DNA of 64,000 nucleotides from Kudoa neothunni (GCA_964304625.1 OZ199840.1:2024532-2088531), one strand, 5' to 3'. Shown: positions 14,472 to 28,344, counted from the stretch's first letter. Notes: generated by a model from the sequence alone, not told the origin. Numbers and translations are program-made.

Positions 14472-14966
14472 GAATTAACCATGTTCTACTATGATCAAAT
14501 ATTTCCAGTCCCGTTCAAAGTTAATCAATTCGCGTTAATAATTAATGAATTTGTTTATCCATTCGTACACAGAGGTGCGCACAAATCATATACATATGTT
14601 GATAATTACTTTGAAGTTATTTAAAAAAATAGCACAATTCTGACGATAATCAAGCTCCTTCTAGTATAATAATTTGGACAACTATTTAAATCAAGGATTT
14701 TTGAATTATTGTTGAGATATCTGTTTAATCAGAATAAATATGGATATAGCAAATCCTTGTTGGTATACTTATTGTTTATTTCGTAGTTAAATATAGTTAA
14801 CGAATCAGTAGTTGTATAAGAACACAACAAACATTAAAAAATGCATATTTTTGAGCGATAAATTCAATAAAGTTATGATTATAAGTATTCTTGTTGTAAT
14901 CTCTTGGCCAAGTTAACTTAGAGTAAATATGTGAGACTATTGCATGGATTTTGTGAACAAGGTATT

Positions 14967-17900
14967 ATGAATAACAATTCTACGAGTGTAAACCTATTAA
15001 TATTAGTCGTGAGAATAACGAAAATTCGTAGACGTTTACAGCATTAAATATTGGGTGATATTGCTCATGGGAATTTTCTCTCATTTGTTTCTCATAATCC
15101 ATGCTATCGGCTGGAAAGAGATATTCTGTGATAATGGGCACATAGTAACGACACTGAAGAATCAAACTAAATTTTAATATCATGTTTAGTATGGAATCGT
15201 TTTGGAATTTAGTGCTACTACAATAACAGGATCATATTACTCATTAAAACAAACCAGCCCTGATCCATCAGTTCAACCTTTCATATTTATATACGAAGAG
15301 ACTATATTTCGTGGTTATTTTATATAATATTCATAATAAATAATAATTGTGATTAAAATAAAAATCTATTATATGTATATATTGAGTCTTAATAGTACTT
15401 TTTCATTATCTCGACAATTTAGTTTATTTTTATTCATGCCTCGATTCAAAATTGCATTATTTTCTTATTATTAATTCTCAACAATTTTATATTATTACGA
15501 TGCGCATAGGTGATAACTGTCTTGAATTTCTAAACGAAATAATACAAAAGTCAATATTTTCAGGTGTAACTAAAAGTCAGATATTTCTTAAAATATTATA
15601 TAAAGAAGTATTTTGCAAACGGTAACTCAATAATTGTTATTTAATTTTGTTATTATTCGAAATAAATTTTTTAGTTACTCTAAGGAACGATTTGATGAAA
15701 TAAAAGCTACTTGGAAGGAATTGGCCAATGATTATTTGAATCTTCAAGGTGTGGAAACAATTGACGTATTAATCAAAAAAAAAAATGACCTACTAATTTT
15801 TGGTCTTTGTAACACTATTATTGAAAAAAAAGTACATTTGTTAGTTTGCTTGTTTAATTGTATTAAGGAGATCAAACAATCATTGACGCTGATATTCGAA
15901 AGAAACATTCTATTTATCGGATTCCCAGTTCAAAATCCGAATGACTACCATGAGTCACTCATACACAGAGTTACATATAACAACAACCAACATTATATCT
16001 TGGCTAACACTTTTAGATGCGCTTCTACATATCATATCAGAATATTAATCTACAACCAACTTATCCAAGTATGATTCTTTGATAAATAGTAACGTAAAGG
16101 ATATTGTTTTAATAATAAATAAAAACGTAGGACACAAAAAGCGATGGTCCCATCGCCCATCCGTGTATGCCAGCAGGCGTAGAAACGATCTATGATCCTA
16201 CTAAAAAAACGACCATATGTGCTATAAATATCGTTAAAACTACTTCGACGAAGTTTGTAGGAGATTTTAATGAAGAAAAATGTAGAACATTTATCTCAAA
16301 TGCAATAAAACAAGATGGGCTCGATGCGGATACTTTTAAAAAAGGAAATTTCGCTGATCTGAATTTACCAATGCTGGTAGATCCTATTATGGATATGTTG
16401 GTAAATTCGACGCCAACATAGCATTTGAATTTTACAACTTTATTTATATTAAAGATTTTCACTTCAGTAATTAGAGAATTCGAATTTATTTATGTAATCC
16501 TGAGGGAATTTTCGCATATGCGATGGCTAAAATGCGATTATTTCCCAACAAGATCCAAAGTAAATTCTATAATTTCTTCACGTTCGTAATTTTCTCCATC
16601 GAATATAGTCTTCAATCGATACGTGTCTTGAAACAATGTACATAGAATACGTGTTAGTACATATTTTGGGATATCCGAACCGTGGAAAGATTCATATGAG
16701 CGCGTATATGGAGTTTATAATTAGATTAGAGTTTGAAATTAAAAAATAGTGAGAAACCACATTCAAACAAGAAAAAAAATATATTTGCTGATCCAAGGAT
16801 GGGATTTTTCGATGAGCTCATTCTACCTTCGACTTTGTAATTTAGAAAATTTCATAATTATTGCAGTATTCTAACTACTGCACAATAGGTTAGTACCTAC
16901 TTCAACTACCTCAATGACAACTGAACCATCTACCATTGTAGAAACAACAACACTTGAACCATCTACCATTGTAGAAACAACAACACTTGAACCATCTACC
17001 ATTGTAGAAACAACACTTGAACCATCTACCATTGTAGAAACAACAACACTTGAACCATCTACCATTGTAGTAACAATAACACTTGAACCATCTACCATTG
17101 TAGAAACAACAACACTTGAACCATCTACCATTGTAGAAACAACAACATTTGAACCATCTACCATTGTAGAAACAACAACACTTGAACCATCTACCATTGT
17201 AGTAACAATAACACTTGAACCATCTACCATTGTAGAAACAACAACATTTGAACCATCTACCATTGTAGAAACAACAACACTTGAACCATCTACCATTATA
17301 GTAACAATAACACTTGAACCATCTACCATTGTAGTAACAACAACACTTGAACCATCTACCATTGTAGAAACAACAACACTTGAACCATCTACCATTGTAG
17401 TAACAATAACACTTGAACCATCTACCATTGTAGTAACAACAACACTTGAACCATCTACCATTGTAGTAACAACAACACTTGAACCATCTACCATTGTAGA
17501 AACAACACTTGAACCATCTACCATTGTAGAAACAACAACACTTGAACCATCTACCATTGTAGTAACAATAACACTTGAACCATCTACCATTGTAGAAACA
17601 ACAACACTTGAACCATCTACCATTGTAGAAACAACAACATTTGAACCATCTACCATTGTAGAAACAACAACACTTGAACCATCTACCATTGTAGTAACAA
17701 TAACACTTGAACCATCTACCATTGTAGAAACAACAACATTTGAACCATCTACCATTGTAGAAACAACAACACTTGAACCATCTACCATTGTAGAAACAAC
17801 AACACTTGAACCATCTACCATTGTAGAAACAACACTTGAACCATCTACCATTGTAGAAACAACAACACTTGAACCATCTACCATTGTAGTAACAATAACA

Positions 17901-19217
17901 CTTGAACCATCTACCATTGTAGAAACAACAACACTTGAACCATCTACCATTGTAGAAACAACAACATTTGAACCATCTACCATTGTAGAAACAACAACAC
18001 TTGAACCATCTACCATTGTAGTAACAATAACACTTGAACCATCTACCATTGTAGAAACAACAACATTTGAACCATCTACCATTGTAGAAACAACAACACT
18101 TGAACCATCTACCATTATAGTAACAATAACACTTGAACCATCTACCATTGTAGTAACAACAACACTTGAACCATCTACCATTGTAGAAACAACAACACTT
18201 GAACCATCTACCATTGTAGTAACAATAACACTTGAACCATCTACCATTGTAGTAACAACAACACTTGAACCATCTACCATTGTAGTAACAACAACACTTG
18301 AACCATCTACCATTGTAGAAACAACACTTGAACCATCTACCATTGTAGAAACAACAACACTTGAACCATCTACCATTGTAGTAACAATAACACTTGAACC
18401 ATCTACCATTGTAGAAACAACAACACTTGAACCATCTACCATTGTAGAAACAACAACATTTGAACCATCTACCATTGTAGAAACAACAACACTTGAACCA
18501 TCTACCATTGTAGTAACAATAACACTTGAACCATCTACCATTGTAGAAACAACAACATTTGAACCATCTACCATTGTAGAAACAACAACACTTGAACCAT
18601 CTACCATTATAGTAACAATAACACTTGAACCATCTACCATTGTAGAAACAACAACATTTGAACCATCTACCATTGTAGAAACAACAACACTTGAACCATC
18701 TACCATTGTAGTAACAATAACACTTGAACCATCTACCATTGTAGTAACAATAACACTTGAACCATCTACCATTGTAGTAACAACAACACTTGAACCATCT
18801 ACCATTGTAGAAACAACAACATTTGAACCATCTACCATTGTAGAAACAACAACACTTGAACCATCTACCATTGTAGTAACAATAACACTTGAACCATCTA
18901 CCATTGTAGTAACAACAACACTTGAACCATCTACCATTGTAGAAACAACAACATTTGAACCATCTACCATTGTAGAAACAACAACACTTGAACCATCTAC
19001 CATTGTAGTAACAATAACACTTGAACCATCTACCATTGTAGAAACAACAACGATTGTAGAAACAACAACAATTGAAATAACTTCGACATCAAAAGTCATC
19101 TCCGAGGGAACCGAAATATGGATTGGTATAGGAGTAGAAGTTGGGATTATTGTTATATTTGGTGCTATTATTTTTTATTGCTTAAAACCAAAAAGAACCA
19201 CCGAACAGAACCTATAA
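14967..19217 (-). other. Note: antisense 742-aa ORF (16871-19099) is a by-product of the stop-free repeat; see the + strand gene at the same coordinates
   Basis: The 33-bp unit has no stop in that antisense frame, and the ORF has almost no sequence outside the array. Confidence 0.3.
14967..19217 (+). CDS. Divergent GDA1/CD39 (E-NTPDase/apyrase)-fold protein with Thr/Ser/Pro mucin stalk and C-terminal TM; multi-exon; start at 14967 or 15067
   Basis: Spliced exons align colinearly with CD39: YGIVLEFSATT (YGIVLDAGSSH), LQGVETI...CNTII (FQGARII...INYLL), FPVQN...YNNNQHYILANTFRC...LIQ (FVPQN...YGKDYNVYTHSFLC...DIQ), HPCMPAG (DPCFHPG), EEKCRTFI, TCLETMYIEYVLVHILG, DPRMGFF (GWTLGYM). A phase-2 intron joins to the mucin exon at 16889. 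TM IWIGIGVEVGIIVIFGAIIFYCL, tail KPKRTTEQNL. Confidence 0.8.
16920..19070 (+). repeat. Coding minisatellite, 33-bp unit (LEPSTIVETTT), ~65 copies, with an 819-bp higher-order repeat
   Basis: Unit CTTGAACCATCTACCATTGTAGAAACAACAACA. 30-bp variant units start at 16986, 17478, 17805 and 18297. Confidence 0.99.
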
Positions 19218-19799
19218 ACATTTTCAATATTTCATGGTTATTCTTGGTTGAACATTTCGTTTTTCCCCCATAACATTACAAATTTTTAAACTAATGCAAA
19301 ATGCCGGCCAGATTCGTTTGAAATGGGAATATTTGGCGTCGCAGATTTTATTGAAACCATTATACGAAAATTATAATAATACTAATTAACCCATAGAAAA
19401 AATCAAAATAACTTTTATCCAAGTACAGTCGATAGTCGATGACGGGTAGATCGTAACTTTCGAAAATAGGTAAAAATTATAAATTATAAAGAAAATTAAT
19501 TATTAAAGTTTAACTCAAAATACACTTTAGAGTAAACACAATATGTGGAAAAAATATTAGCTGTCTAATGATTAAATGTTGGTAAGTTTCCCTTATTTTT
19601 AGGCATTGTCTATTCTTACGGTAACGAATATCTCCTAGAATGATTAATATATTGCAAAACTGATTACATCCCCTTTTAAAGTGATTTTTTATTTCCTCAA
19701 AGATAAATTTTTATCAAGTTAACTTTTCACTAAAAATTAGTGATGGATTTGAGCACTCAATGATAGTATATGTTTTTAATTCACTTAAATATAAACTTA

Positions 19800-22482
19800 T
19801 TTGTAACGATTAAGCATGTATGAGTTTGTATTTTTGTGTGAAGACTTAATTAGTGTAAAATCGATACCTCTTGTACATCCAAGGTGCACACGATGCTTCA
19901 TTTTTATAATCACTGTGGCGGTTTGATTAACCGATAGGATTTGTAATTTGAATTCGAAATTTATTAGATATATAGTACAATTAATTTTAATAACGTGCAT
20001 AAATGACTATCTTATCTTAGAATGCGTAACGTCTAATACGCAATAAATAAATAACATTTCCAAAATGTTCAATAGTTACTCTGGTGGAGTAATTAATATG
20101 TCATCAAGTTAGGCTATTTTTAGAGAAATTTCTCAAAGCTCTATTTTTTTAGCTTTTTTAGGAGCCCAATGGCTGTCGTTCTATTTCCTTTGGGTCTTCC
20201 TATAGATTTGACTTTTGATGGAAGATTAAGTCTAAAAATACAAATCGTAATACTCGAGCAAAAATTTCTTCGACAGTGTACTTATCGAGTTTTCTGCTGT
20301 TGGCACAAGGGCATAAATTTGACTGGACTTAGATTTTTGCGTTTCGGATGTCAAAGGTCGATCTAAGTTAGTGTTATTGCAGATCTTAAAACAGTTAAAA
20401 ATATAATGTTTAATGTTATTTCTCCCTCACAACTATCATTATTAATTACAAAATTTTTAAATTATATTAATTGTAGAAGCATCCTCATCTTCAGAGTAAC
20501 TGTACGTATCATTACCCAAATTATTATTATTAGACCCACCTTTCATTAAAGTATACTTCAAAATTTTTACAGCAATAAAACTAAGAGACTTATATTGGTA
20601 GTTTCAATGAGTTTTTCTTTGTCATGATTTTTTATGACAACCTCGAGACTTTTGATAGTCTCTAGTCAGAGACTGTAAAAACCCCCACAGTATTTTGCTG
20701 AAGTTGACGCCAACTTTTTTGAATAGGTGCATGTTTACTTTAGATTTTTTGAAAAAGTTTCAATAGAATCTTTTTTCTTAATTTTATGATTTCTCCAACA
20801 GGGTTGAAATTATCGCAATCGGTGTTAATGAATTTTATGAAATTATATGTATGATGTCGTGACCATCTGGAATCACATAGTGTTCCACTAAACATATCTA
20901 CCATATTAAGTGCCCTTTGTTGGAGAATATGCTCGCAAGACAATTTATAAGATCGTTGATGCAAACTATTACAACTCTCGATATCTGCTCCATCTTTTTC
21001 AGGGGTAATCGTTATTTTACTTAATTGCTCTGATGCTATGTGGAATGCATAAGGCTTTAATTCATTGAAATATTTCTTATGGGATTCACTAGTGATTCTA
21101 GAGTCGGAAAATTTTTGTAATCCTGAAACAATTCTATTCTTTCTTTCGATCCTATTGGATGTTAAGTAATTGAAGAAATTAGTGAAGAAATCTTCCAGGG
21201 TCGAAAATTGGTATATGACACTTTTTAATTTCGCATTAATAGCCTCTAATCTATTTTTCGCTGAATTATTATGGAAGCTTTCAGTCTTACTTAACCCAAT
21301 ACACCATTATTTACAAATTGGTTTCCAATTTTTATTGAAATATCGGCTAAGCTTTTCGATTCCATATCCATATAATCCATTGGAGAACTTACAAAAATTC
21401 TTTTCAGAATCGCTATATATCATTTTAATAAGAGTAGACAGAATATAATTCTTTTCTTCAGAAATAATTCCGTATTTCCCAACTAAAAATTCTCTTCGAA
21501 AAGCTTGGAGAACATGAAACTTGCAAATTATTGAAGAAGCAGGTGGAAAAATCTCCCTAAGGCATCTTCACAGGTTATGATCTTCGTCTGTGACAATTGA
21601 TGAGATTCTTGATGTTAACCAAAGCGCAACATCGATTATCTCATTTAATAACCATTTTATTGCTGGCTCTGTCTCTTTATAAAGAATGCAACCACTTGTT
21701 ATATGTGTTTGACCAAATGAATCTTTCGCTGCAGTTAAGTAAAAGGATGCTCTAAAAATATATATTTTAACTAAGAAGAGAATTAATGTTACCTTGAATC
21801 AAGTAGTTTGTAGGTTGCATCCATGAACATTATTTCTGGATAATATTCAAACACCCTTCTCATTTGTTCGTCCACGAAAAAAATTCCAGTTACCATATTT
21901 TGGGAAGATAGAATTCTTACTCTGCAATTATAGTTTTTTTGTAGCAAATTTACAACCGAATCGGCATCGTGTAGCTTGCTCGACATAAGTTCCTTAACAT
22001 TGTGAAGAGGTTTCCAAGACACATTTTTTCCAGTTTCTTGATTTATTTTGGATTGCATTAATTTTTTGTTTGCACCCAGTGATATCAATTCGGCAATATA
22101 TGTGTCCGAAAGGTCTATCTTCCGTTGGTTTGGTAAATTCGAATAGAGGGCAGTGTCAACTGTACGATTATGAACCAAATTCATTGATCTTACTTCCAAG
22201 TAATTTCCATCTCCACTTGCTTCTAATGTAATGCTGAGTGGACAATTGGTTTTCATCGATGATTTATTCCTTTCTTCTTTGCCAACACATTTGTAGCTCA
22301 CACCAAAAAAACAAACATAACGAATTTCATAATATATTAGTTGAGCGTTAAAAATTTTTCTTGAATCGCGTATTTTTAGATTGCAGAAATTTGCTTGTTC
22401 GTATGCTCTTATTTTGGTTTGTAAACTTACAAACGAATGAAAACTCATACCAATTAAAAAAAGGAGCGCCTTTTGTTTCCAT
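19800..22482 (-). pseudogene. MULE/SWIM (ZSWIM3-like) transposase, frameshifted and stop-interrupted
   Basis: CPLSITL...LVHN (FAR1/WRKY-like), IMFMDATYKL (first catalytic D), TDED...ICKFHVLQAF (CxxH), SCNS...LSCEHIL (SWIM remnant), GRPKGNRTTAIGL. Confidence 0.85.
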
Positions 22483-22519
22483 TATGTTGAATTGCGCGTG
22501 TGGACAAACTTATCCTTAA

Positions 22520-24827
22520 CCCTTTCGTGCCCAAATTTTTAGAGTTGTAAAAATTATGTTTAATTAAGATTTCTTTTTTAATTCATAAAATAAAATTTTG
22601 AATCCAAATTAAATGTTTAAATATTATTTTTTAACATTTTTCATCGTGGTCACCAGAATGACCATTGGGCACTTGCGCAAAAAAAAATTTCCATCATATC
22701 CACTTCGAGTTTTAAAAGTACAACATAAATTTATCTGTTGTGATAAAAATAGAAACAATTTCTCTGTTTAACAATACAACACGGTATTCCACATTTAATG
22801 CAGCTGAATTGTGTTCTTTTTTTTACACAATCTGCACCTTTCTTTGGTATCCACTATTTCAGGATAGTGGCCGAGATATTATCAAATCTTATCGACTCTG
22901 GTAGGGGTTTCGATTGTTTTTTATGCGAATGATCAACAGCCACAACTTTAAAATCATCCAATGAATGACGTCCACGCTTTTTTGCTATATTGGATTTTTT
23001 GATGTGAATTAAACTTTCACTTATAGACCGAGTAAACGACAAAAGGTCCATTACTTTGTTGATATCATCATTGACCTTCGTATATCGCCTATATAATAAC
23101 CAAGCATTGGTTATGACGGTATTGAGTCCCCAAAAGAATATTCGCATAAAAACTTTCGGCATTTGTGGTTTAACTTGTACAGTGCCATCAACATGTCCGA
23201 CAAGTCAACTCCATCCATGTTTTTATTATATTCTGAAACTACACTGGGATAATCAATATTTGTGGTCTTTTTAGCTCTTCTATCGCATCTTTTAATCACA
23301 CCAAGGGGTTGGGATGAAGAATGAGTAGAAGAAAGCTTAACAACGGAACTGTCACACCATTGAGTTAACACTATTCCATTTTTGGTATCCTGAAAGCTTT
23401 CGTAAGAGCCGCGACCTTACTTGATGAATTGTTTTATCGGGGTTAATGGATAATGTTTAATTCTGTTTCTTCTTATGGTTCCAACAGAATAGATGTTCCG
23501 CTTCTTTAACAGTTGCTGTAGTGGGGTAGAGGTGAAATAATTATCAAAATACAAAAAGAAGGTTCTTGAAGTTGGCAACGTTTCGCACAATTTTACTACA
23601 AAATCACCCAAAGTTTGACCACAAGTTTGTGAAACTGCTGGTGGTTTTCCCTCATACAAGATAAAATCATAGAATAAGCCACTGATTCCACACCGAGCAA
23701 ACACTTTAAACCCCCATTTTGTTGGTTTAATAGGAAGGTACTGTTTGGCTTTGCATCTTCCTTTGAAGGGAATCATTTGCTCAGCGATTGAATTGCAGAT
23801 TTCTGGTTTTATATTTTAAAACGCGGATCGTAGATGCTCTAAAAAAGGTCGTATTTTAGAAAAACGATCATAATTTTCCGAGTTTTGGTCTTTAATGATA
23901 TCTTCATTATTTGAAAAATGAATAAATTTTGAAGTTTTTTTTATCAAATCGATTTCTAGAGAAAACGTTTGATACGTGTAGAAAATCTAACGATGTGATC
24001 CAATATAAGCGATAACGAGGCATTCTAACAATACCCATCAAAATGAGGACCCTAGATACTTTTCAATTTCTTTAACATCTGTAACAAAATTTACTCCACA
24101 TTGAGTTGCATAAATGTTTGTTTCATTTGTTATTATTTGAATTAATGATTCGTCCAAGATGAATCTAAAATAATAACATCGTCCGGCATATCAAGCCAAG
24201 GAACTTTGTTACTCCATTTGTATTCTACATCATCATTTTCAGAGTCAGTGTCATCGGACGTAGAAGCACAGAAATCATCATCTTTTAATTGACATAATTT
24301 TTCCATTTCATCATCAGAAACCGTGTCAGGTTCTAACAGATCGGCATCTGGAAGAATAACTACTTCTGACATTGATTCACCATTATTTAGTTTATTATAA
24401 TTAACGTCGTGATCCATCTTTGTTCAAACTTGGCGCAAAAAAGTTTTAGCGTATGTGCCCAAAGGCTATCCTAGTGACCATGTATTGTTTTCACCATGAT
24501 TTTTTAAAGTTATATAAACTAATTCTAAACGTTAATAAAACTATAGTTTAGGTTGTTATCTACAACCAAAAATTTTTGTGTTATATTTTATTGAAAAAGT
24601 ATTAGTTAATCAATGAAACAATATAATGACTTTTTGGAACCAAAATGGCTGAAAGTTTCCTGCTATAAAATTTTTTTCAAAATCGTCTAAAATATTCTTA
24701 TAATTAGTATTAAAAAGGATTGAACGCCTTCAAGAAAAACCAATTTTATGTACATATTTTCCATAACAAAGCTTCCATATAGAGAATATACATGAGATCA
24801 CTAGGATAGCCTTTGCGCACGAAACGG
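22520..24827 (-). mobile_element. piggyBac transposon, full length but inactive
   Basis: TTAA TSDs (22516-22519, 24828-24831); TIRs CCCTTTCGTGCCCAAA / TTTGCGCACGAAACGG; subterminal inverted repeat GTGCCCAAAGGCTATCCTAGTGA near 24456 vs ~24798-24820. Confidence 0.93.
22731..24417 (-). pseudogene. piggyBac transposase, frameshifted
   Basis: SIAEQMIPFKGR (first D changed to A), KPTKWGFK, FDNYFTS, YNKNMDGVDLSD, and C-terminal Cys-rich RCRLC...CIKC...C...NCFYFYH spread over several frames. Confidence 0.92.
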
Positions 24828-25639
24828 TTAAGTTCATTCTCTCTCTATAAATATTTGCATTCGGTATGTTTTAGGTAATTATTTTAATTTGGCGAGTTAT
24901 TCGTTGTAGTTTAATCAATATATCTAAGAAAAACAATTTAAATAGAAAACCCAAAACTTGATGCTTTCAAATAGGTTAGCATAAAAAAATTATAACAATT
25001 GAGACTTTGAAGATAAAACTGTTGGTTGTATACTCAATATATAATTAAAACTAGGACCAGTCAAAGTTTAAGATAGCTTTAATATTCCACATTGAATTTA
25101 TTATGAAAATCATCATATAAGTATAAAACGATTAATTTTTACAAGGATTCTGTAATATTCACAACTTTGCTCAATTCAACACATAGTATGCTGAACGCGT
25201 TTGAAAATCACACGTAAACTACAGCTAACGCAAACGGCTCGTGGTACGGAGGTCGTATCATGTAAACTAGTTTTACTACAGTATAAGGCATTTCCAATAG
25301 ATAAAAATATTCGGATGGCTATTAATTCAATTTATAAAAGCATTATTAGGTAAATTACAAATGTATACTATCACCGAGCGCTCAAATGCACCACTAATTT
25401 TTATTGAAAAGTTGACCAAAATTTATTTTTCAGGAAATAAAAAATTGCTTTAAACATTAGTGAAATCAGTTTTGTAATATCTTAATCATTCTAGGAGATA
25501 TTCGTTACCGTAAGAATAGCCAGTGCCTTTTTTCTACCATAGATGAGAAGACTTGTTTCAAAAGATAATACAAACCCCCAAGAATTTTATTGAATAAATT
25601 TTGTGGAAGATAAATAAAATAAATGAAAATGGTCAATGT

Positions 25640-25990
25640 TTTTTAAAAATATCCCGCAATAAAAATCAAAATGTTCTTTAGAACGTTATAATTGACCATG
25701 TCGAAGAAAGTTCCATGTGCACCGAGTCTATGATATGGGCCGACTGTTGGGTTAGACAATAATATTTTGGAATACTTCGGCAGAGTTATCCTTAAAGGGC
25801 TGTCTGTTACAAATGAGGCAGTCCATACAGAATGGATTGAGTCTATTTGGAGTGCTTTTACATTGAAGTATGAAAAGTTCAAAAAATCCAAAGAGCTTTC
25901 TCAAATACATATCAGCCTATTTTTAGGATCAATTACTCTAGAGAAGAATTTAGCAATCTTTTTAGATATTTATTTGCTTTATGCATAAAA
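25640..25990 (+). mobile_element. Merlin/IS1016-like transposase remnant
   Basis: VHTEWIESIWSAF matches the HT(N/Q)xIES.W motif of ISXO2-type transposases. Confidence 0.5.
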
Positions 25991-26107
25991 TTAAAAAATT
26001 TCCGGACTTTTGCCAAGCTCATTTTATATGAACCTCAACGTGGTGTATGTATACCGTGGTTTAGGTCATTACAACGCCTTCTTATCTGTTAAGTGTTCAC
26101 TCATTAG

Positions 26108-26657
26108 CAGGGCTGCCAGTAGGGTTTAAAAAACCAAAGATTGAGAAAAACGCTAGTTCAAGGTAAAAAAATTAATGGAATCGTATCTATTAAAGTTTTT
26201 AACCTTCTTTAGATTGTATAATTACGTTCTCAGATATTAACTTCAAATTCATCGTCGTATTATTGCAATTTTTTGGCGGGAAAATTCACTCATCCTTAAT
26301 GTCTAATACAGATCAATATACTCACAATTAATTACTTCATATCTCAAGATATATTTTGAAATAACATTTAAATTTTCTAATTAAGCGCGACAATGTTTAC
26401 TGAGTAATTATGTAATCGTGTCACATTAGACAATCTAATGTGCTGCCATTCCTTATCGTAGATGTATACACCCTGCATGATATAATTTGAGTAGGGTACG
26501 TTATTAAAAATATAAATGTTAATTCTGCGAATAAAAAAAGTTGTGTTATTATTCAATGTTTACAGATTTTTAGTAAAAACCCATGATTTTGTAAAAAATG
26601 AAACAAACACGAAAGAATCCATGGTGACCTTAAAAAACCCAAGCCCAGACAGTCCTG
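26108..26657. mobile_element. hAT-type MITE (550 bp)
   Basis: TIRs CAGGGCTG / CAGTCCTG with perfect 8-bp TSD CTCATTAG (26100-26107, 26658-26665). Confidence 0.85.
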
Positions 26658-27399
26658 CTCATTAGCAGCAGAACGATAAGACTCTGTCGCGTATTAAGCC
26701 GTAATAATTGGTTCATATATGAGGGGTTAGAGTTTTTAATTATTTCAACACATCATTTATTGCCTTTAAAATTCACTTAACAAGATTTATTTGAAACGAC
26801 GAAACAAACTATCATGTGCAAAAGTGCAATTAATTATTTTCGTTTTGATTACATGTTCTGTTGATCATTATAATTAGCTATTACAATATTATGTGAAAAT
26901 ATTTATTTCTATTTCCTCATCACATACTTTTTATTAATCATAGAAGTCAAAATCATTGTTAGCTTATTCCAGGAGTAACCAAAATTTTTGAGCAGCGGGC
27001 CGGCCGCATGTTAAATTTTCGTAAGGGTTGAAAGCAGGATTAAAAAATTGTCATATTGGTTATATGTTTGGTTATAATTAAGGAGTATGATTTTTCCAGA
27101 AAATCAATTTAATAGTTTATTATTTTAATCATACAGGGAGTAATCATTGAATATTAATCCCTTTGGGACGTAAATAATTACGAATAAGACAGCACTTACG
27201 TTAAATTCGTGCTCTTTATGAATGGATGCGCAATAAAATCAATTTTTAAGAGCGTTTTTTCTAATGTTTGGTGGATAAAATGCGTAATTTTTGGTTTTAG
27301 AATATTCCGTTTTATTTTTTAATAAATAATGGACAACTGAATTAAAATTTGTTTGATTCTAAAGTAACGAGAGGTTTTTAAAAATAAGGATAGTTTTCG

Positions 27400-28000
27400 T
27401 AACGTTTTGAAAACATCATCTGTTGCAAATTTTTGTTCACTTTGCTCGTATACTTTTACCTCTGCAATGGTTCCGACTCAATTGTTTAAGGGTGAATAGT
27501 TTCGCTATTCACACTGACAGGTATGACGCACACTTCCTCATTGTAATAGTTTTGAGTAGATTATTGATTTGAATCATTAGTTATTCCATCTACAGTTTAG
27601 GATTTTGTTATTTCGAAGAACATTCAATTCCAGCCTTTAATCATATCTGTAGATATAGTGGTAGTCTTTACATGAAAACATACGCGTTTTAAATAAATTC
27701 TTCATTGGATCCTATATACTAACTAAGTGTACGTCATATTTTTAAATTAGTTGTTCCTAAATAATCTAATTTTTTTCGTTTTAATAATTTAAATGGCCCA
27801 CATTTCTATATTTTTAGATCGAAAATAATATAACCATACATTAACATGCCGATCAGTGTTGTGTTCATAGTAAGCATAATATTCTCGTAAATGTCTATGA
27901 TTTTATAGGGTTTAGCCAGAATTCCATTTAAGGTAGAAATGCCTTATTTTAATAATTTTAGTTTGTTTACGGTGAAAACTGTCATAGAATTCTATTCTTT
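27400..28000 (-). mobile_element. Highly decayed MULE-like transposase fragment
   Basis: Minus-strand STDMIKGWN*MF resembles TNNxIEGWN..F; otherwise stop-riddled. Boundaries approximate. Confidence 0.3.
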
Positions 28001-28344
28001 GTTCTGCAATGTTTTCCATTTATGTAGTTTCTCTTCAGGCATAATTTAAAATTACGAATTAGCAATAACTCACTGTACTCAAGTTGTGTAGATGCGAATA
28101 AATTATACTTTTTATGAGTTTAAATTTTTTTTTTATTTATTAATCATCATTTGGATATAAGTATATCATTTTATAAAATATTTTATGACGCTAACAAACT
28201 TCTAACCAGTGGTAATTATTACTTCACCATTAGAAATTTCTATTATCGAATCAATTAAAATCAACGTGAATAAAAATCAGAATTAATCAATTCTTATCAT
28301 TTAGCTTATAAGCTTCAAAAGTTAAGAATTTTGAACCTTTAGAA

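Larger units (their letters stand above)
19602..25527 (-). mobile_element. MULE/Mutator DNA transposon with ~170-bp TIRs (contains a nested piggyBac)
   Basis: GGCATTGTCTATTCTTACGGTAACGAATATCTCCTAGAATGATTAA at 19602 is mirrored at ~25480-25527, and similarity continues inward ~170 bp. Possible degenerate 9-bp TSD ttattttta / ttttttcta. Confidence 0.88.

Noticed and set aside
16920-19070. CRISPR-like 33-bp periodicity
   Set aside because: Head-to-tail units without unique spacers, protein-coding, eukaryotic context, no cas genes.
16871-19099. 742-aa antisense ORF over the mucin array
   Set aside because: By-product of a stop-free repeat unit; the + frame has the splice link, TM and tail.
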